Assembly: GCA_000708835.1 (NCBI GenBank)
Contig: DF236954.1
Coordinates: forward strand, 108,647-172,646
Length of the DNA stretch: 64,000 nt
Direction of reading: 5' to 3'
From: Klebsormidium nitens
Taxonomy: Eukaryota; Plantae; Klebsormidiophyceae
In this document: positions 12,151-25,600 of the stretch, piece after piece
How positions within the stretch are numbered: the first letter of the stretch is position 1
Layout: every line of letters starts with the position of its first letter
The notes under the pieces: generated by a model
The model's database searches: none
Seen by the model: the letters and a program-made list of their open reading frames with translations, nothing else
What the model was told of the DNA's origin: nothing
Translations under genes and position numbers: made by a program

Positions 12151-14302
12151 CTGCAGGAAATCGGGAGCCAGATCAAAGATTTTCAAAGCCCGCTTTTCAA
12201 AGCTTGCGATTTGGGAACCAGCAGTTCGATGTTGTGAGAGACCTTAAAGGATTGCTGAATAGATCTGACTGTGGAATGTGGTTGATCAATGCCACCACCT
12301 CCTATTTGAAGAGGCTTGACTGACTTCAACAGGACTTTCATGACTATCGCCGATCGTCTCTGCTCGCGATAGAAAAAGGGCAGTGATCCAACAAAGTGTA
12401 CACACTTCTGATGTGACAGATTCTGCTGACAGGCAACTGAGGCTTGCATGGAAGTTGTCCAACTTGAGCGTATCCACGATGTTTCAAAGCAAACAGTAAG
12501 AAGCGTCATGTTGTCATGCCTTACAAAAGAACAGACTGCAGGATACCGCGCGACTCGTACAAACAAAAATCATAAGCATGTCCAAATGCAGAGGGAGCAT
12601 GATCAGGATGTACACAAACCTGCGAACTCTCGGAAGCTGTCATCACCACCGAAGCCCAAACCGGAGCTGAAGTAAGACTGTGAGCCGCCTCCCTTTGCCA
12701 TATCAGTACAGCGTTCCCGACAGTCTTTGGTGCTGAATGACCACCTTTAGCCTCTGACCTGCAAGAAGCTTCTCCTGAGTAAGCACACAAGTGCTCCAAC
12801 ATTCCGATGCAAGATGACAACGACAAACTTCTGCACAGCATCAAACGGCAATCGAAGCATCCCAACACAACAACTTTTGACCTGGACACTCTCTACATAC
12901 GCCTAGGTTATCTGTGATCAGAATCGGAAATTGTTTTGCAATTCAAGAAAAGCATAGGCTGAACAGACGGTGCACCACCAAGCAACTTACTCAAACCTTT
13001 CTCCAGACCATCTCATCTGATTATCCCTGTTAAGAGAGCGTGCTGTATTGTTCAGTCCAAGTAGCAATCCTGCAGATACACACCGGGACACACCCTGACA
13101 TTCATGCATCCTGAAAGAGCAGGCTGCTATTCATTACGCATTCATTACGGGCCGGGGTCGCAGAAGGAGACAAACCTTAAGTCCTTGATGTTTCTGCGAA
13201 ACTCCGGGCCATAACCTCCTTCCTACAGGTCCTCTACAGCACTTGAATGTTTCCCTGATTGCCATCTCCGTCACCCTCCTCGTTCCCAAGGTCCAGTAAA
13301 GGAATCTGGGCTTCGTCTCCTCCGTTTTGACTTTTGAGAGTTGAGCTGCAGAACTGCGTGTTTGAAGCCTAGGTACTTGGCGCCAAAATGAGGTGCAAAA
13401 TTCATAGATCGAGACGAGACGCCTTGACAACATAACCACACACTTCCTCAGTGTATTTTGATTGTTTTTGCACATATACGTACCCTGAAAGCAAGCTGCT
13501 GCGGACGTATGTATCTGTCTAATATTTATTATATTGCGTGTTCAGTTTTTGCCACATGCAAACGACAGGATCGCGTATACCAAAAGAATATGTCAATATG
13601 GTTTGCTTCTAAGATACTAAACTCAACCAGGGGGACCTGTGAAAGTTGAACTTAAAACACTCTTGAAAGTCCAGGACCACAGGCAGCTGCTCTGAAGCAG
13701 AGCTGATCTGAGCGCCGGGCCATGGCGAGCTCCAGGGTGCATCCCCGTTGCAGGAATGCATCGAACCCGTATCACGAGTGCGTTGAATTCTGCTTTAAGG
13801 TTATTGCTCAACAGGACGAGCAAGGGGAGGCGCCTGGTGCACCTCAACATGGAGGTATACTTATGCCTTTACCACAAGGTCTTTGTGAATGGAAATCTTC
13901 CATTGTTGTTCCTTGGTTCTGGACGTGGTTCTCTGAATCTGCTTGCATTCACTGGCGCCAAAACGTGGATGATTAGTCTTTGTAATAAGGGGTTGATTCG
14001 CATGGTGATTGTCACCTCAGTGCACGGTGTTTAGCGCACCTGTTCTCTGTATGCAGAATTGTGTGGAATTTTATAGTGAAACTGCTAAGCTTTTGGAGGA
14101 TTCTCAAGCCTCTCCTTGTCTTTACAAGTGCCAGCAGCCGAGAGCAATTATTGAATGTAAGTTCATGAGGACCAGCCACATGGCCGGAATCTACACCTTC
14201 GTTGCGTAGCCAGTCTGCCTCACTGGCAAAATGAAAGTCGTTCCAGCGCAGTAAAACAACCCACAGTAGAACCCTAATCCTGTCGCATTGTTGTCTGTGC
14301 AG

Positions 14303-16851
14303 GCCCCGAACCCTCAGCCAACGAGCTGCCGACTGCTTTCGGAAGGGCAGCCAAGCGGCCAAGGCCGTACATGCAAAGAGAAACTGCGCCAGAACCTGCT
14401 TCAGAGGAACCGAAGCAGAATGACAGTCAAGCAGGCCCTGGTTCGGAAGCGCCTGGCCCGGGCAGGGGAGAAGACACTGGTCCGGGGGGCAATGGGGCGA
14501 GTGGACAGGATGCCGACTTTGGGGCAAATCCTACGGAGGGCATGAACGAGCGGCAGAAGAAGCTATTTGTGTTGAAGCAGAAGATGGTGAGCCGGACGCA
14601 TTTTTTGTCTGGTCTGAAAGTAGATAGAGATGCATCTTCTTACATGCTTGAATCAGAGACTCTTTGTTTCTGCGAGCTTCTTGTCGTTCTCAAGAGAGGC
14701 ATTGATCTGCTAGCAGATTGACCAGGAATCTGCCTGAGGTTTATGGCAGCCTGGAATCATTCGCTTGGGCATTGCAAGTTCAAACGGGGTTTCTATCCAA
14801 AACTTTTCGACAACAAGAGTATTATCGTGGACTCGCAAACCTCTCAAGCTTTTTACATCCTCATTTGGAGACGCTACTTCTGCATTTGTTTCCAGACATC
14901 TATACCCAAGGACTGCATTATAACAGCCCCCATCGGAAGTTATATTCAATAACTCTTCCCTCCCACGAAGAAGCAGAACTGGGTCAATCTTTTATAGCTC
15001 CAACTCTGCAGTAAACATTGTAGACTTTCCACCAGACAACCATGTTTCTGGACCATATTTGTGGAAAAATTCCCAGAACCTGAATCGGTAGCTCCGTTTA
15101 CCTGGCCAAACCGTGCCCCACGTCTGATGCAGAGGCTAGAGCTCTCCTTTATCAGCTGTCAAGGACCACGCTTAACCCTCCTTTTGACCAACTCTGCAGA
15201 ACAACGCCCGCAAGCTGAACCAAACGGCGGTTGTGGCGGAGAAAAAGCGCGCGGAGGCGCCTGGGGAGAGCCGGGGTGTGTCGAAGCAAAAGTGGTACGA
15301 CGAGAAGAAGAAACGGTTAGGGAAGGAACTAGAGGCGAGCGGGCTGGACATGAAGCAGGCGTATATGCTGGACACTGTGGAGGACGCAGAGGAGAAGTAC
15401 AAGAAGTGGGACAAGAAAGAGACGCCGTTTGGGTGGGATGGTGCGTGTCAATCGATGCTTTTCCTTCAGTTTGTGTCGTGTATGTGTCCGTTGTGTAGTC
15501 AGTCCTTAGCTGACCGAGTTAGCTTCTGAGCAGATGGTTTGAAGGTCGCATGACTTTGTGGGACGAGCTTTGTACATTCTGCCTGCAAAACAAGCAGACC
15601 GTAGAAGATTGTGTTTCAACCTGTCTGGTGTAAGGGGTGGTGACTCCGCTTGTAAAAGTCCTATAATTCCTTCACGGCGTAGCTCGATTTCTCCAGCATT
15701 CTGAGTCGATGGGAGGTGCCTTAGAACCAGTAGCGGCCACTTTGCTCTCTGACGTGCAAAATCAGCAGATCGCTCGTCAACTTTGCTGAAGATGGATTAC
15801 AAGTAGCTCTATGATCAGTCCAAGAGCATGATTTGTAACGAAGTAGCTGATATCGCTCAAAGGTCGATCTTCTGGACAGAGCGGCTCAAGGTAGGTGTCC
15901 TACAGTGTTCTCGTCAGAGCCTGAACGCTGGCTGTTTCGTGCAGTTTTCAACCAGAAGTCGCTGTACAACGCTTACAAGAAGCGGACAAACGACGTGCCG
16001 TACACCCAAGAGGAGTACGAGCAGGCCAAGGCGAACGACCCAAACTTCTATGCGGACGACTCCAACTTGCAGTACGGCCAGGTGGGACCGTCTTTCCGTC
16101 TTGTTTTCCTGTCTTGTTTTCGCTCTCCCACTCTGCAACAACCTGGTGCGGCAGAATTAGAAATAGGTCGTGAAGGTTCTCTTTGTCGCAATATGTTAGG
16201 TGGATGGTGGAGCGAAATTCGAATCCACAAGGTCTTACCGATTACGGACTGCCTGGTTGGCACTCGTGGTATCCTGCATCTCTTTCTGCTATTATTTCCC
16301 CCTATATTAACGGATGGTGCCCCTCTAGCCTGTCCTCTCCTTTGCTTTCGAACGCAAAAAAGACCGTTCTCTGCTTGAGAATCCTGTCTGGATCGACAAA
16401 TGGAGACTCCCGTGGGGACCGGCTCTTGTTCCACTCTTGGCTGACTCTGGGGTGTCCCTCTTCATCCCAGTGCGTTTCAAGAGACTTTTTTGGGAAGTCG
16501 GCGGTTTGTACTTGTCAATCCGTTTTGGCTTCCTGCTTATCCCGTCGCTTTAAGAACCTCCAGACTTACCGTCGACTGTGACGAGCTTCTTATCTCACCT
16601 CAATTCGTCCTCGCCCCGTGCAGTCCAAGGCGGTTCCGCAGGAAAACGTCGACCGCATGGTGGGCGAGCTTAAGGCCCGGGAGGAGAAGCGGAAGCAGTT
16701 CAGCCGGCGTAGGAAGTTCCATGAGGACAAGGATATCGACTCCATCAACGAGCGAAACGCGCACTTCAACAGGAAAATCGAGCGCGCATTTGGGAAGTAC
16801 ACGGTCGAGATCAAGAACAACCTCGAGCGCGGAACAGCGCTGCCTGACTAG
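14303..16851 (+). CDS. SYF2: Pre-mRNA splicing factor SYF2 (Prp19/NTC complex; p29)
   Basis: Exons 14303-14586, 15200-15440, 15945-16081, 16624-16851. They encode [27 protein letters not shown]...[27 protein letters not shown]...NLQYGQ/...[50 protein letters not shown], the characteristic SYF2 C-terminus. The start is uncertain (ATG 14371 or an upstream exon). Confidence 0.95.
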
Positions 16852-19615
16852 CCAGATGAGAGAACGGGTGTCGAGTTCCGTTGTACATACCCGAAGGTGG
16901 CAGGTAGCTGTCGCGGTCCCGTACTCCTCATTACTGATTTGTCAAGCTTCTTTAGCTACATGAAGCGCGCCTGCTGCTCAGTCGCAGTGTTTTGCCGATT
17001 TTGAGATTCGGCGTCCCTTGTCGTTCATTGTCGAGCACACTGTTTCCTCCTTATCAGAACGCAAGTATGCTGGCTTGTTGGACTCGAACTTTATTGAGAA
17101 GCGCGCTTGTTTCCTTTTGAGTACGAGGACCGCGATTTTTGCATGCGATGGTGGTGGTCATAAGTGATAATTTGCCTGCTGGATGTACGTTTTGCACGTG
17201 AAATCCTTACCATTTGGGGTACACTTTTATTGAGTTGTGTTCTCTTCACTATGCTAATCACCATTGGCCGAGCGTCCTCCCCTTGAGCAATGGGGTGGCG
17301 TGGTATTCCGCGAGGGAGGTATTTCGCGGCACACTTCGGTGTGACTGGTGAAGATGGACGGGCAGACTTGGCCGCTATTAGCCAGAAGTATGGCTGCTAG
17401 TGAGGTTCAGCCCCACATGGCTAACTGGCTAACTTGATTTTTAAAAGTTAACCCAATCATTAGCGGCCACTTGCAAGTGCAAGGCAAGAGGACGCAGGCT
17501 TGCCAGTTCAGACACTGCGAGCTTTGGTTTTGACTCCCTTACCCTGACCTTCTCGTCTTACTGTGCCTCATGCAGACCTGCGGTCCATTGACGAGGGACT
17601 TTGGATTCCCATGCCAGCGTTTGGGAGGGCTTGTCCATGCAACTTTCTATGAGTTGCACGTATGGGTGCACCTATCGACGATTTTGGAGTGGATTCAGAA
17701 GTGCAATGATGATTTGTTCCTGTTCACACTCGATTAGTACCAATCTCAGGGGTTCTTTGTGTCTTAATTGGTCCTGGCAGGGATTAAAGGCTAAATGATG
17801 ATCACAATATAGTTTCCGTAAGAACTAGAATGATCTACATGCAAACAGCCAATTGGCATGTTGAATTGCCTGATGACTGTTGTATCTCGGGTGGCATTCC
17901 GATTTAGGAAAAGTGCTATTGCAAAGGTTCGATCACGAGCAGCTCAGGCTACGGCCGCCATCAATGTGCGGCGTCATGGCGTCGTAGGCCGTGCATTGTA
18001 CTAAGAGAGGCTATATGATAGAGCGGGTTTCTATTGCGTATATCGCCTTTGTATAATCCGCCATTGATTGTTTAGCTTCGTATCGTGGCATCTATGTATC
18101 GTAATAGACGATTAGATATGCATGTGAAGTCTTAAAGATAATCATGCATCCTGGGTCCAGACTTTTAGCAAGTACAGTATAAGCTCATGACGGCCGCGGC
18201 CGGCGGCCGCTATTTAAATCGTGTATGGTCGACGTATCATTTAGTATAGGCGGTCGTACGGTACTCGACGATCGCCGTCCGCGCGTCCCACGGTCCACCG
18301 ATCGCGGCCGCCATGCCATGGTATGGCAGGGTTCTGACTTTTCAACATACCGTACGGTTCCGTACCCTCAACTGATGACGTATGAACGTACGATGTGCCG
18401 GTAGTAGGTAGTAGGTACTGAATTCATGCCTCTTAACCCACGCGGTCCAAGATGGCCGGAAGCGTGGAACGACCCACTTTAGCTACCGGGGAACTAAAAG
18501 CTCGGGTTTACACCGTAGTCTGAATCAGAGTGATCATTGATGGGTCGGATTCAAATCACACCGGGAGAAATTACCGGGTCGATGTAGAACTGGTTGAGGG
18601 TTTAACCCGTGTTTCTAAGTCAGTAATTTGTACGGTCAATCCAGAATTCTAATTCTTCTTCCGCCATACGCCTCGGTTCAATATTTCCCGGCGATTTATT
18701 AGGTACATTTTAACCAAAATATTCGCCCTAGGCATGCGTCCCGAGTAAGCATCTTCGACGGCTTATTGGAAAGGGCGTACAGTGTAGATTCCGATTGACG
18801 TCACAAGGTTCCGTCGCGAATTCAACAAATGCCAGAGCGCATGCACGGCACCGAGCCGGGCTGTTTCGACGGTATTTAAACGGGTTTTTATGAAGAACAG
18901 GGCGCAAAATTCGAGGTACAATGTGTGCCATGTGGCATGTGCACTGGAAGTTCAGGAATCAGTAGATATTCTTCGTCTGTTTGTATGTTTGCTGCCAGCT
19001 GTCAACACCTGACATCAACACCCATGTTAAAATGCTCGTTGCTGCCACGCATATATGCGCCAGAGGCCACGCCTCCTGCGCACTGCCATGCAGTGTGCCC
19101 AAGTACCTCTCCACGCATAATGCAGAACTGAAAGGGGGATGCCGCACTGCGCACGAGGACGCCTTAAATAGGTAGGTGCACATAAATTCTGTTGAGAGTT
19201 CATCAAGATTTCAAGTATCCTGCATGATGGTCCGATCAAGAAAGCCGGAGAAAGTCTGTGGGAACTTATAAGTCTGAATCAGCTAAGATATTTTCGACAT
19301 TTGCAGCTGGTTGTACTTGCTTGAAGCTTCCCAAAATTAAACTGATGCGAGACCGCCCTCCGTCGCCCAATCTCTGACATACTTGCATACCACAGCAGGG
19401 CGCTAGCCGAGACGCCGCAGCGTGCTGCTTACGGAATTGCTGTTGTTGAGCCTTGAAGAAACGAGGAGTTGAGAGACCGCTGCTGAATTGCTGCAGTTGT
19501 AGTCGGTATCACGTTTGTAACACCTCCTCGAGTCGTAAAGAGCACGGCAATCTGTGCCCTCCAAATAGGAAACAATGTGTTCATCTGATCAGCAAGCACC
19601 TTTTCTACCGCCTTG

Positions 19616-19648
19616 ATGGCTTATTCGATATTGCTGCGGAGTCTCTAG
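19616..19648 (+). promoter_or_regulatory. Candidate uORF (MAYSILLRSL*) ending 18 nt before the RLK-A start
   Basis: It lies in a 5' block homologous to the RLK-B leader, where the same ATG gives ATG GCT TGA (55377-55369, minus strand). Inclusion in the mRNA is not shown. Confidence 0.4.
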
Positions 19649-19666
19649 CTACCATCATCAGCCAGC

Positions 19667-22600
19667 ATGTTGCAGAGGATGAATAGAGCCTTTCACCACA
19701 AGAGGACCTCTGCCGGTTTCGCTCTTAGCCTTGTCCTGCTAGTATTCGTTCAGCACAGCAGAGCAGACTATGTAGAGACTGCGCCTAGACCTGGGGCTCC
19801 GCTTCCTCCATCCATCATTCCTGGAGAATGTCCCCTGGTCTTTCTGAAGGCAGACATCCAATATGCAAAGCAGACTGCATGCTCCTCAGGACCAGGTGAC
19901 TCAGGTGAGACTCACGTTGTAATGAAGTCAAACAAACCTCTTCTACTCGTGCCACCGTCTAGGCTTACAGGCTTGCTGCAAGAGCCGTCCGTGGTATTGG
20001 GTCGGATCTTATGTGTGACATTTGAAGGAGTGACAACTCTGTAACAAGGTGGGGCCCTTCATAGTAGACACTACAACCAGCATGCCAGCAATCAAGCTCC
20101 TGTAGGCAGCAATTGTCCTAAGCAGACTTCTTCGAGAACGCACAATATCCGTTGCTGGATAAAGCTTTGTAAATATAGCAACTCTAAGACCCGGATGTTG
20201 GCTTAGTTCCATGCTGTTATCTGCTTGCGAAGCTTAGACTTCTTTGAGAGAGCTGCATTCCTGCTCTCTGATGACGCACACAGGCAGGCGTCTCTGCAAT
20301 GGTACTAATGATATGTATTGTCCATCCTCGTACTGATGCCACATGGAAGATTTGCCACAGCAAGCAGCCCTTCCCCAACGAAGTTCCTGGATTCCCGGAT
20401 CCAAGCTCAGATGCTGTGTTGCTTCTCCTGAAACGAGCAATCGAAGAGCACGGTTTCATGACTTTCAAGCTGACAATCTGCTCCCTCCTTGCCTTACCTA
20501 GGCACGTCTAACGCGATCGCTGTAAGCGCAGCTGGTGCATTCAGCAACAGCTCAATTACTTCTTGCTGCATCCATATGAAGGCAGTTCTATGGCAGGCCC
20601 GAGTGCGATATGCCAATGAGACTGGTCGCCTGCTCCTGCCCCAGGCATCCGCTGACGCTTGTATCCAGGTATATATCTTACCCTGTTTTTGATCACCTGT
20701 TGGGGTGATCACCTGCTATGTTTGTTGGTTGCCCTGTCCTGGGGTAACATTGGTTGGCGCTCTCTACACCCAGCTCCCCGGTTGAGAATAACTAATAAGT
20801 TGGGGGTCCTTAAGCCAGAATTGTATCAGTGGGGAGTGCATTGCGGGTCAAGTTCATACGGCCGCCAGAAGTGCTAACCAGCATAATCCATGGTAGACGC
20901 GAACATTCTAAAGTCAAAATGGACCCCTTGCATCTGAGATTCAAGGCAAGGTACTTGGCTCTGAAATGTCTGTGCCCCATCCTGGCTCTGGTTTGCAGAG
21001 TTTGAACACTTCAGCAATAGCTGCTGGACTACCTGCTCTCGGTTGGTGCGACATCAAAAGTCAAATGCTCTCAGAGGATGCCGGCAAAGCCTGTGGAGAT
21101 GATCTCACAACCGTGTACGATTTCTGGTCGGCATCAAGTCGGACCTTTCCAGGTATGTTAGCGATGCCAGGACCATCAATTGTGAGCCTGCCATTCTTGA
21201 CAAGCTTCGTCTTTCTGCTTGTACTCAAAGAGAACAGTATAGTACTGGCATTGAAAGCGCGCTTGTTTGGCAGCCAAGGCAGATTCATATCACATTCTAT
21301 GAGACGATGCCACGATACAGGGCTGGCCCCACTTGTTTCGTTGCGAGCAAATTTCTGAATGTGAGTTTAGACCAACTCAACTCGTTATGCAGGAGTTAAG
21401 CTTCTTGAGCACCATCTGAAGTTCGAGGTTATTAAGTTGTCAGCTGAGTGCAAGAAGATGCATCCAAAAACTTGCTCCGGTGTGTCTCTTTGTAACACTT
21501 CGCTGGTACTTGCAGGAACGGTGGGTACCAGTTGCTATGGGGAAAATGCAGATTGCGGTCTCTGCACCACCCTCATCACAAACAAGATTATGTCACTAGG
21601 CAGCAGCACGCCGGCTTTGCTGGCAACGACGTCATGCCAAGGTGAAAGCATCACTCTCTCCCGCACCTGATGCCTTTGCTTGCAAGATCTGCTGTGAAGA
21701 AGGATCTGCTGTTAACAATCTTGTTTCAAACCGCTTGATTGAAACAAGATTGCTAAAAGTGCGGCAAGTTTCTTGGGGCCTTTGATGCAACTTTTATCCA
21801 GTCGACAGATTGACCACTCTGTCTTTCAGGGCGTCCAGGTCTCCAGGAATATTGTTGCCGATCGTCGCACACAGCACAAGCTGTCATGGAAGACCTCACT
21901 TCGAATCTTGTGCTGGCTATCCACTCACGTAACCTACTTTTGGTGAGCAACATTTACGTACGCTACAAGAAGGGTTGCTCAGCAAAGATTACAGAACATG
22001 CGCTCAAAGCTTCTGACATTTTCTTTTTTTCCTGCAGATCTGGCCCAGGTCGCAATGGCTGCGGCAGCGTACCCTGTCGCCATCGCTAACGGCATTGCTC
22101 GGTGCCTGTATAACGTGGACATTGAACCCATCCCTCAAGCAAGCAAGTGCACAGCGTATGACTGGTCGAGGCAGAACTGGACGTCCATCGTCCGCAGCTG
22201 CGGAGCAGAGAGTTATCGAGCGGATCGCTGCTGTCAACTCGTACACGGACAGTACCACTTTATGCTGGTAACCGCCCTGAACAAGACGCGTTATGGGATG
22301 GACCAGGTGAGACCAGCTTCGAAGAGATGTTTGCAGCGAGCCGGGGATTTGAGGCCGGAGCACATCGATTTTGTAAATGGGCTTTGTTGACGATCAAGAG
22401 GGTCCGATCATTTTCGCTTCCATCTACTTTTCGTTGCTTAATGGCTGCAGGTACGGTCTGATAAGATAAGGGCAACTTGTTGCTTTTCCTATCTCAGACA
22501 GGCGATATGTCCTGCTGCTACCTACCAATACAATGCCTACGAGGTCTCTCGTTCCAAAAGGATTTTCTCAAAGACGATCGGGCTTCTCGTTTCTTGAAGC

Positions 22601-25600
22601 CTCTCTTGACGGCTTCCTCGAGGGCTTCTTGCCTGCGCAAAGACGTTAATCGTCTGGACCTTTCTCAGCGTAGGGATTTGGCAGCTTTCGTTTCGGTGGG
22701 TTTTGTGTCAAAAGTGCTTGGCTTCCATCTGGTAACAATTCTGCGCAACCAGGAAATATGGTTGATCCGGTCAGGAAAGTACCGACTTTCGAAGAGAGGC
22801 CTGCCTCCACTCCATACATCCTTTTCTAGGTTAGTCAATTCTAAGGTTAAGTTGTGGTGAGGTTGAAGGTAACATCGAAAAAAGCGGATCGGAAAAAGTT
22901 CACGTGCTCCGCACCCGTGCACACCCTAAACCGCCTTCCTAACTCACCCCATCCCAGTAGTAGAGCTTGAACTCAATAAACCTAATCCTGGGACCAATTT
23001 CCAATATTTTAGGGGCAGGCCGAGGTGTGCTTCTCGGAGTACAAGGCCGGGCTCGCCGCGCATGGCGTCTCCCCAGCCACGCCGGAAAGTTGCCGCGTGA
23101 CCGCCGCGACCGCCCTTCTGAACATCGGCTGCTACAACTACTCCACGCTCCAGCAGCAGGTCTCCACGCGCTACTTCCACTACTTCGACGGCAACTGCAC
23201 ACACAGCGGAGGCGGCGATTGCAGCCACTGCTCGCAAACGCTGCTCGACGTGGGGAACGAGCTTGCGAACACCACAAGCGTCGCGTACCTGAACGCGTGC
23301 CAGCAACTGGTCGTGCACCAATATTACCTGTGGCTCGCCAATGTTGAGTCAGTCCCCGAGCGCGGAAACTGTTACTACCAGTTCCCCCCGGGGCTGGAGC
23401 TCACGATGGTCCCCTTACTCCCGAGCAAAAGCGCCTCTAACATCGCACTCATAGCCGGGGTTAGTTGTGCGAGCGCGGTCGTGCTCCTTGGGGTATTGGC
23501 GATTGTTGCATTCGTCCTATGGCGACGTTATCCGCTGTACAAGGCCGAGTGGGACGCCGAGAAGAAGACGCTCGGCCGCTTGTCGTCGATACAACAGCGG
23601 GTCGTGGGGAACCGGTTGCAGGTCTTCACGAAAAGGCAGCTGAGCAAAGCGACTCAGGACTTCAGCGAGAGCCGTGTGGTTGGCGTCGGGGGATCCGGGA
23701 AAGTTTACGTTGGAGAGCTGAACGGGGACATCGTTGCAGTAAAGGACTCCACGTTTGGGTCCAACAATGATGGAGCCAAGGTAAGAAAGAACTTATTTTC
23801 TCGGGATTGAGTTACGGCTCTACATTGAAGACACGGACAGCCACTCGCATTCTCGACTTCCCCTTGAAGCAGGTTCTTGATTGTTTTGAAGCGCTCTTGC
23901 AAGACTGCCGAAGTCAGACAACTGCTCTTTTTGAAGAAGGCGTTCTCGTAGAGAAGTAGCTTCGTAGCAAGAAACCTGGACACCAGCTTATCGGGATTGC
24001 GTAACAGCTGTACCGACATGAGGACCTTTAGAGTACCTGCTTGGGCGATTGCTATATGATGGTTTGATTCATAACTTGTTCATAATTCGCTCAACTCCGA
24101 TGATTCTCGAGCAGTCCTATCGTAATTTGCGTCTTGTCGGAACGCCACATTTTATCGTCAATCCGGAAACATATGACGCTCTTTCGTTCTCACAACCTGA
24201 CAGGTATTTCTTGCCATACCACAGACCTCTCTTGCAATGATCAGAAAGCGCACGGAGTACCGGTAACAGACCTTGTGAAGGGCATCAAAGCGGACGTGAA
24301 GCTTTCCCGACTTCGTCGAAGGGCACTTGATAAGCTACTAAACCGGGTTCTTAACCCATTGATCTACCTGTCTTTGTTGCAGGAAGCATGGAACGAGGTT
24401 GCGACTCTGGCCCAGTATCGGCACCGTCATCTAGTGGTCCTCAAGGGCTGCTGCCTCACTGGTTCAAACTCCTTGTGAGGCTTCCTTTTCAATCCCATCA
24501 ACTGATCTGCAAGCGGCCAGGCTGTCGGGGCTTTTGAGTTTCCGTAGCTCTCAGCTCTTCAACATGAATTGGACTTTCAGTCGCTCTTTCGTAGGTTGCT
24601 CTACTCTGTTCTGTTGAGATTGGCAGCTCGTAGGCCACACCTCTTTTGAATGCAGTCTGGTACGTTATCCCTAAACCTTTGTACGCTTCAGACCTAATCC
24701 CTTGTCGTTGCCAGATTTGCCAGGGCACAACAACAACCTGCACTGGTTGCCGTGCCAATTTTCTGCTTGCCCCTGGGGTTACGGAGCGAAGAGAGCAGTC
24801 TAGTATAGTTTTCTTGGTTGTCAGTCAGGGATTTCCCAACAGATTGGAGAGAACGACCGCTGAACTAAAAAGTCGCTTCCCCGGGTTTAATCAAACCCAA
24901 CCCCTGAGCCCGAAGCTAACATGCTCCGCACCCATACCCACCTTTAACCCCCACCTAACCCCACCTGTCCCCGGCCGTGACCTACAACATAGCCGGTAAT
25001 TCAGAACAAAATCAAAACTAAACCGCTAAACCGATCCTGTCCTCCCTTCCGCAGCCTGGTCTACGAGTTCATGGAGCAAGGCAGCGTCGAAGACCATCTG
25101 TGCCCTACGGCGGCCGTCTCGGCTGGCCGCGCCACTGAGAGCAGTGTGCGCGCGCAGTTTTTGAATTGGCCCACCCGAGACAAGATCGCCCTGGGGACGG
25201 CCAAGGGGCTTGCCTACCTGCACGAGGTGAGCCCCGTCTTACAGGGCGGTCACAATTGAGTTCTCAGGGAAGTGGGAAACGTTCTCTGAGGGGTTCCATG
25301 CTCCCCGAGAATCTGTTTGGTCGTATTTCCGTCAGGATGCGTGGCGCAGAAGCTCAAAAGCCTCGCGTGATTCGTAGTCAGACAGATTGTCCGGGGAGGA
25401 AGCGCCAACCGTTCCTTCGTGTTGATACCGGCGCTCGTAAGGCATAGTCGTGTCGAATTCCTGGGGGAGATTCCCCTTTTTCGTCCCTGAAGGACGGAGA
25501 GTCGGTGCGCCCCGGAAAACCTATTTGTGAACGCCCAATCAGACATAAGGAGAGGCTGCAGACCAGAACTTGCGATACACACAGTGAAGCTGGACTACGA

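Noticed and set aside
19895-19906. Tandem donors 9 nt apart at RLK-A exon 1
   Set aside because: Both preserve phase and differ by 3 aa in a variable linker; this only adds uncertainty to the gene model.
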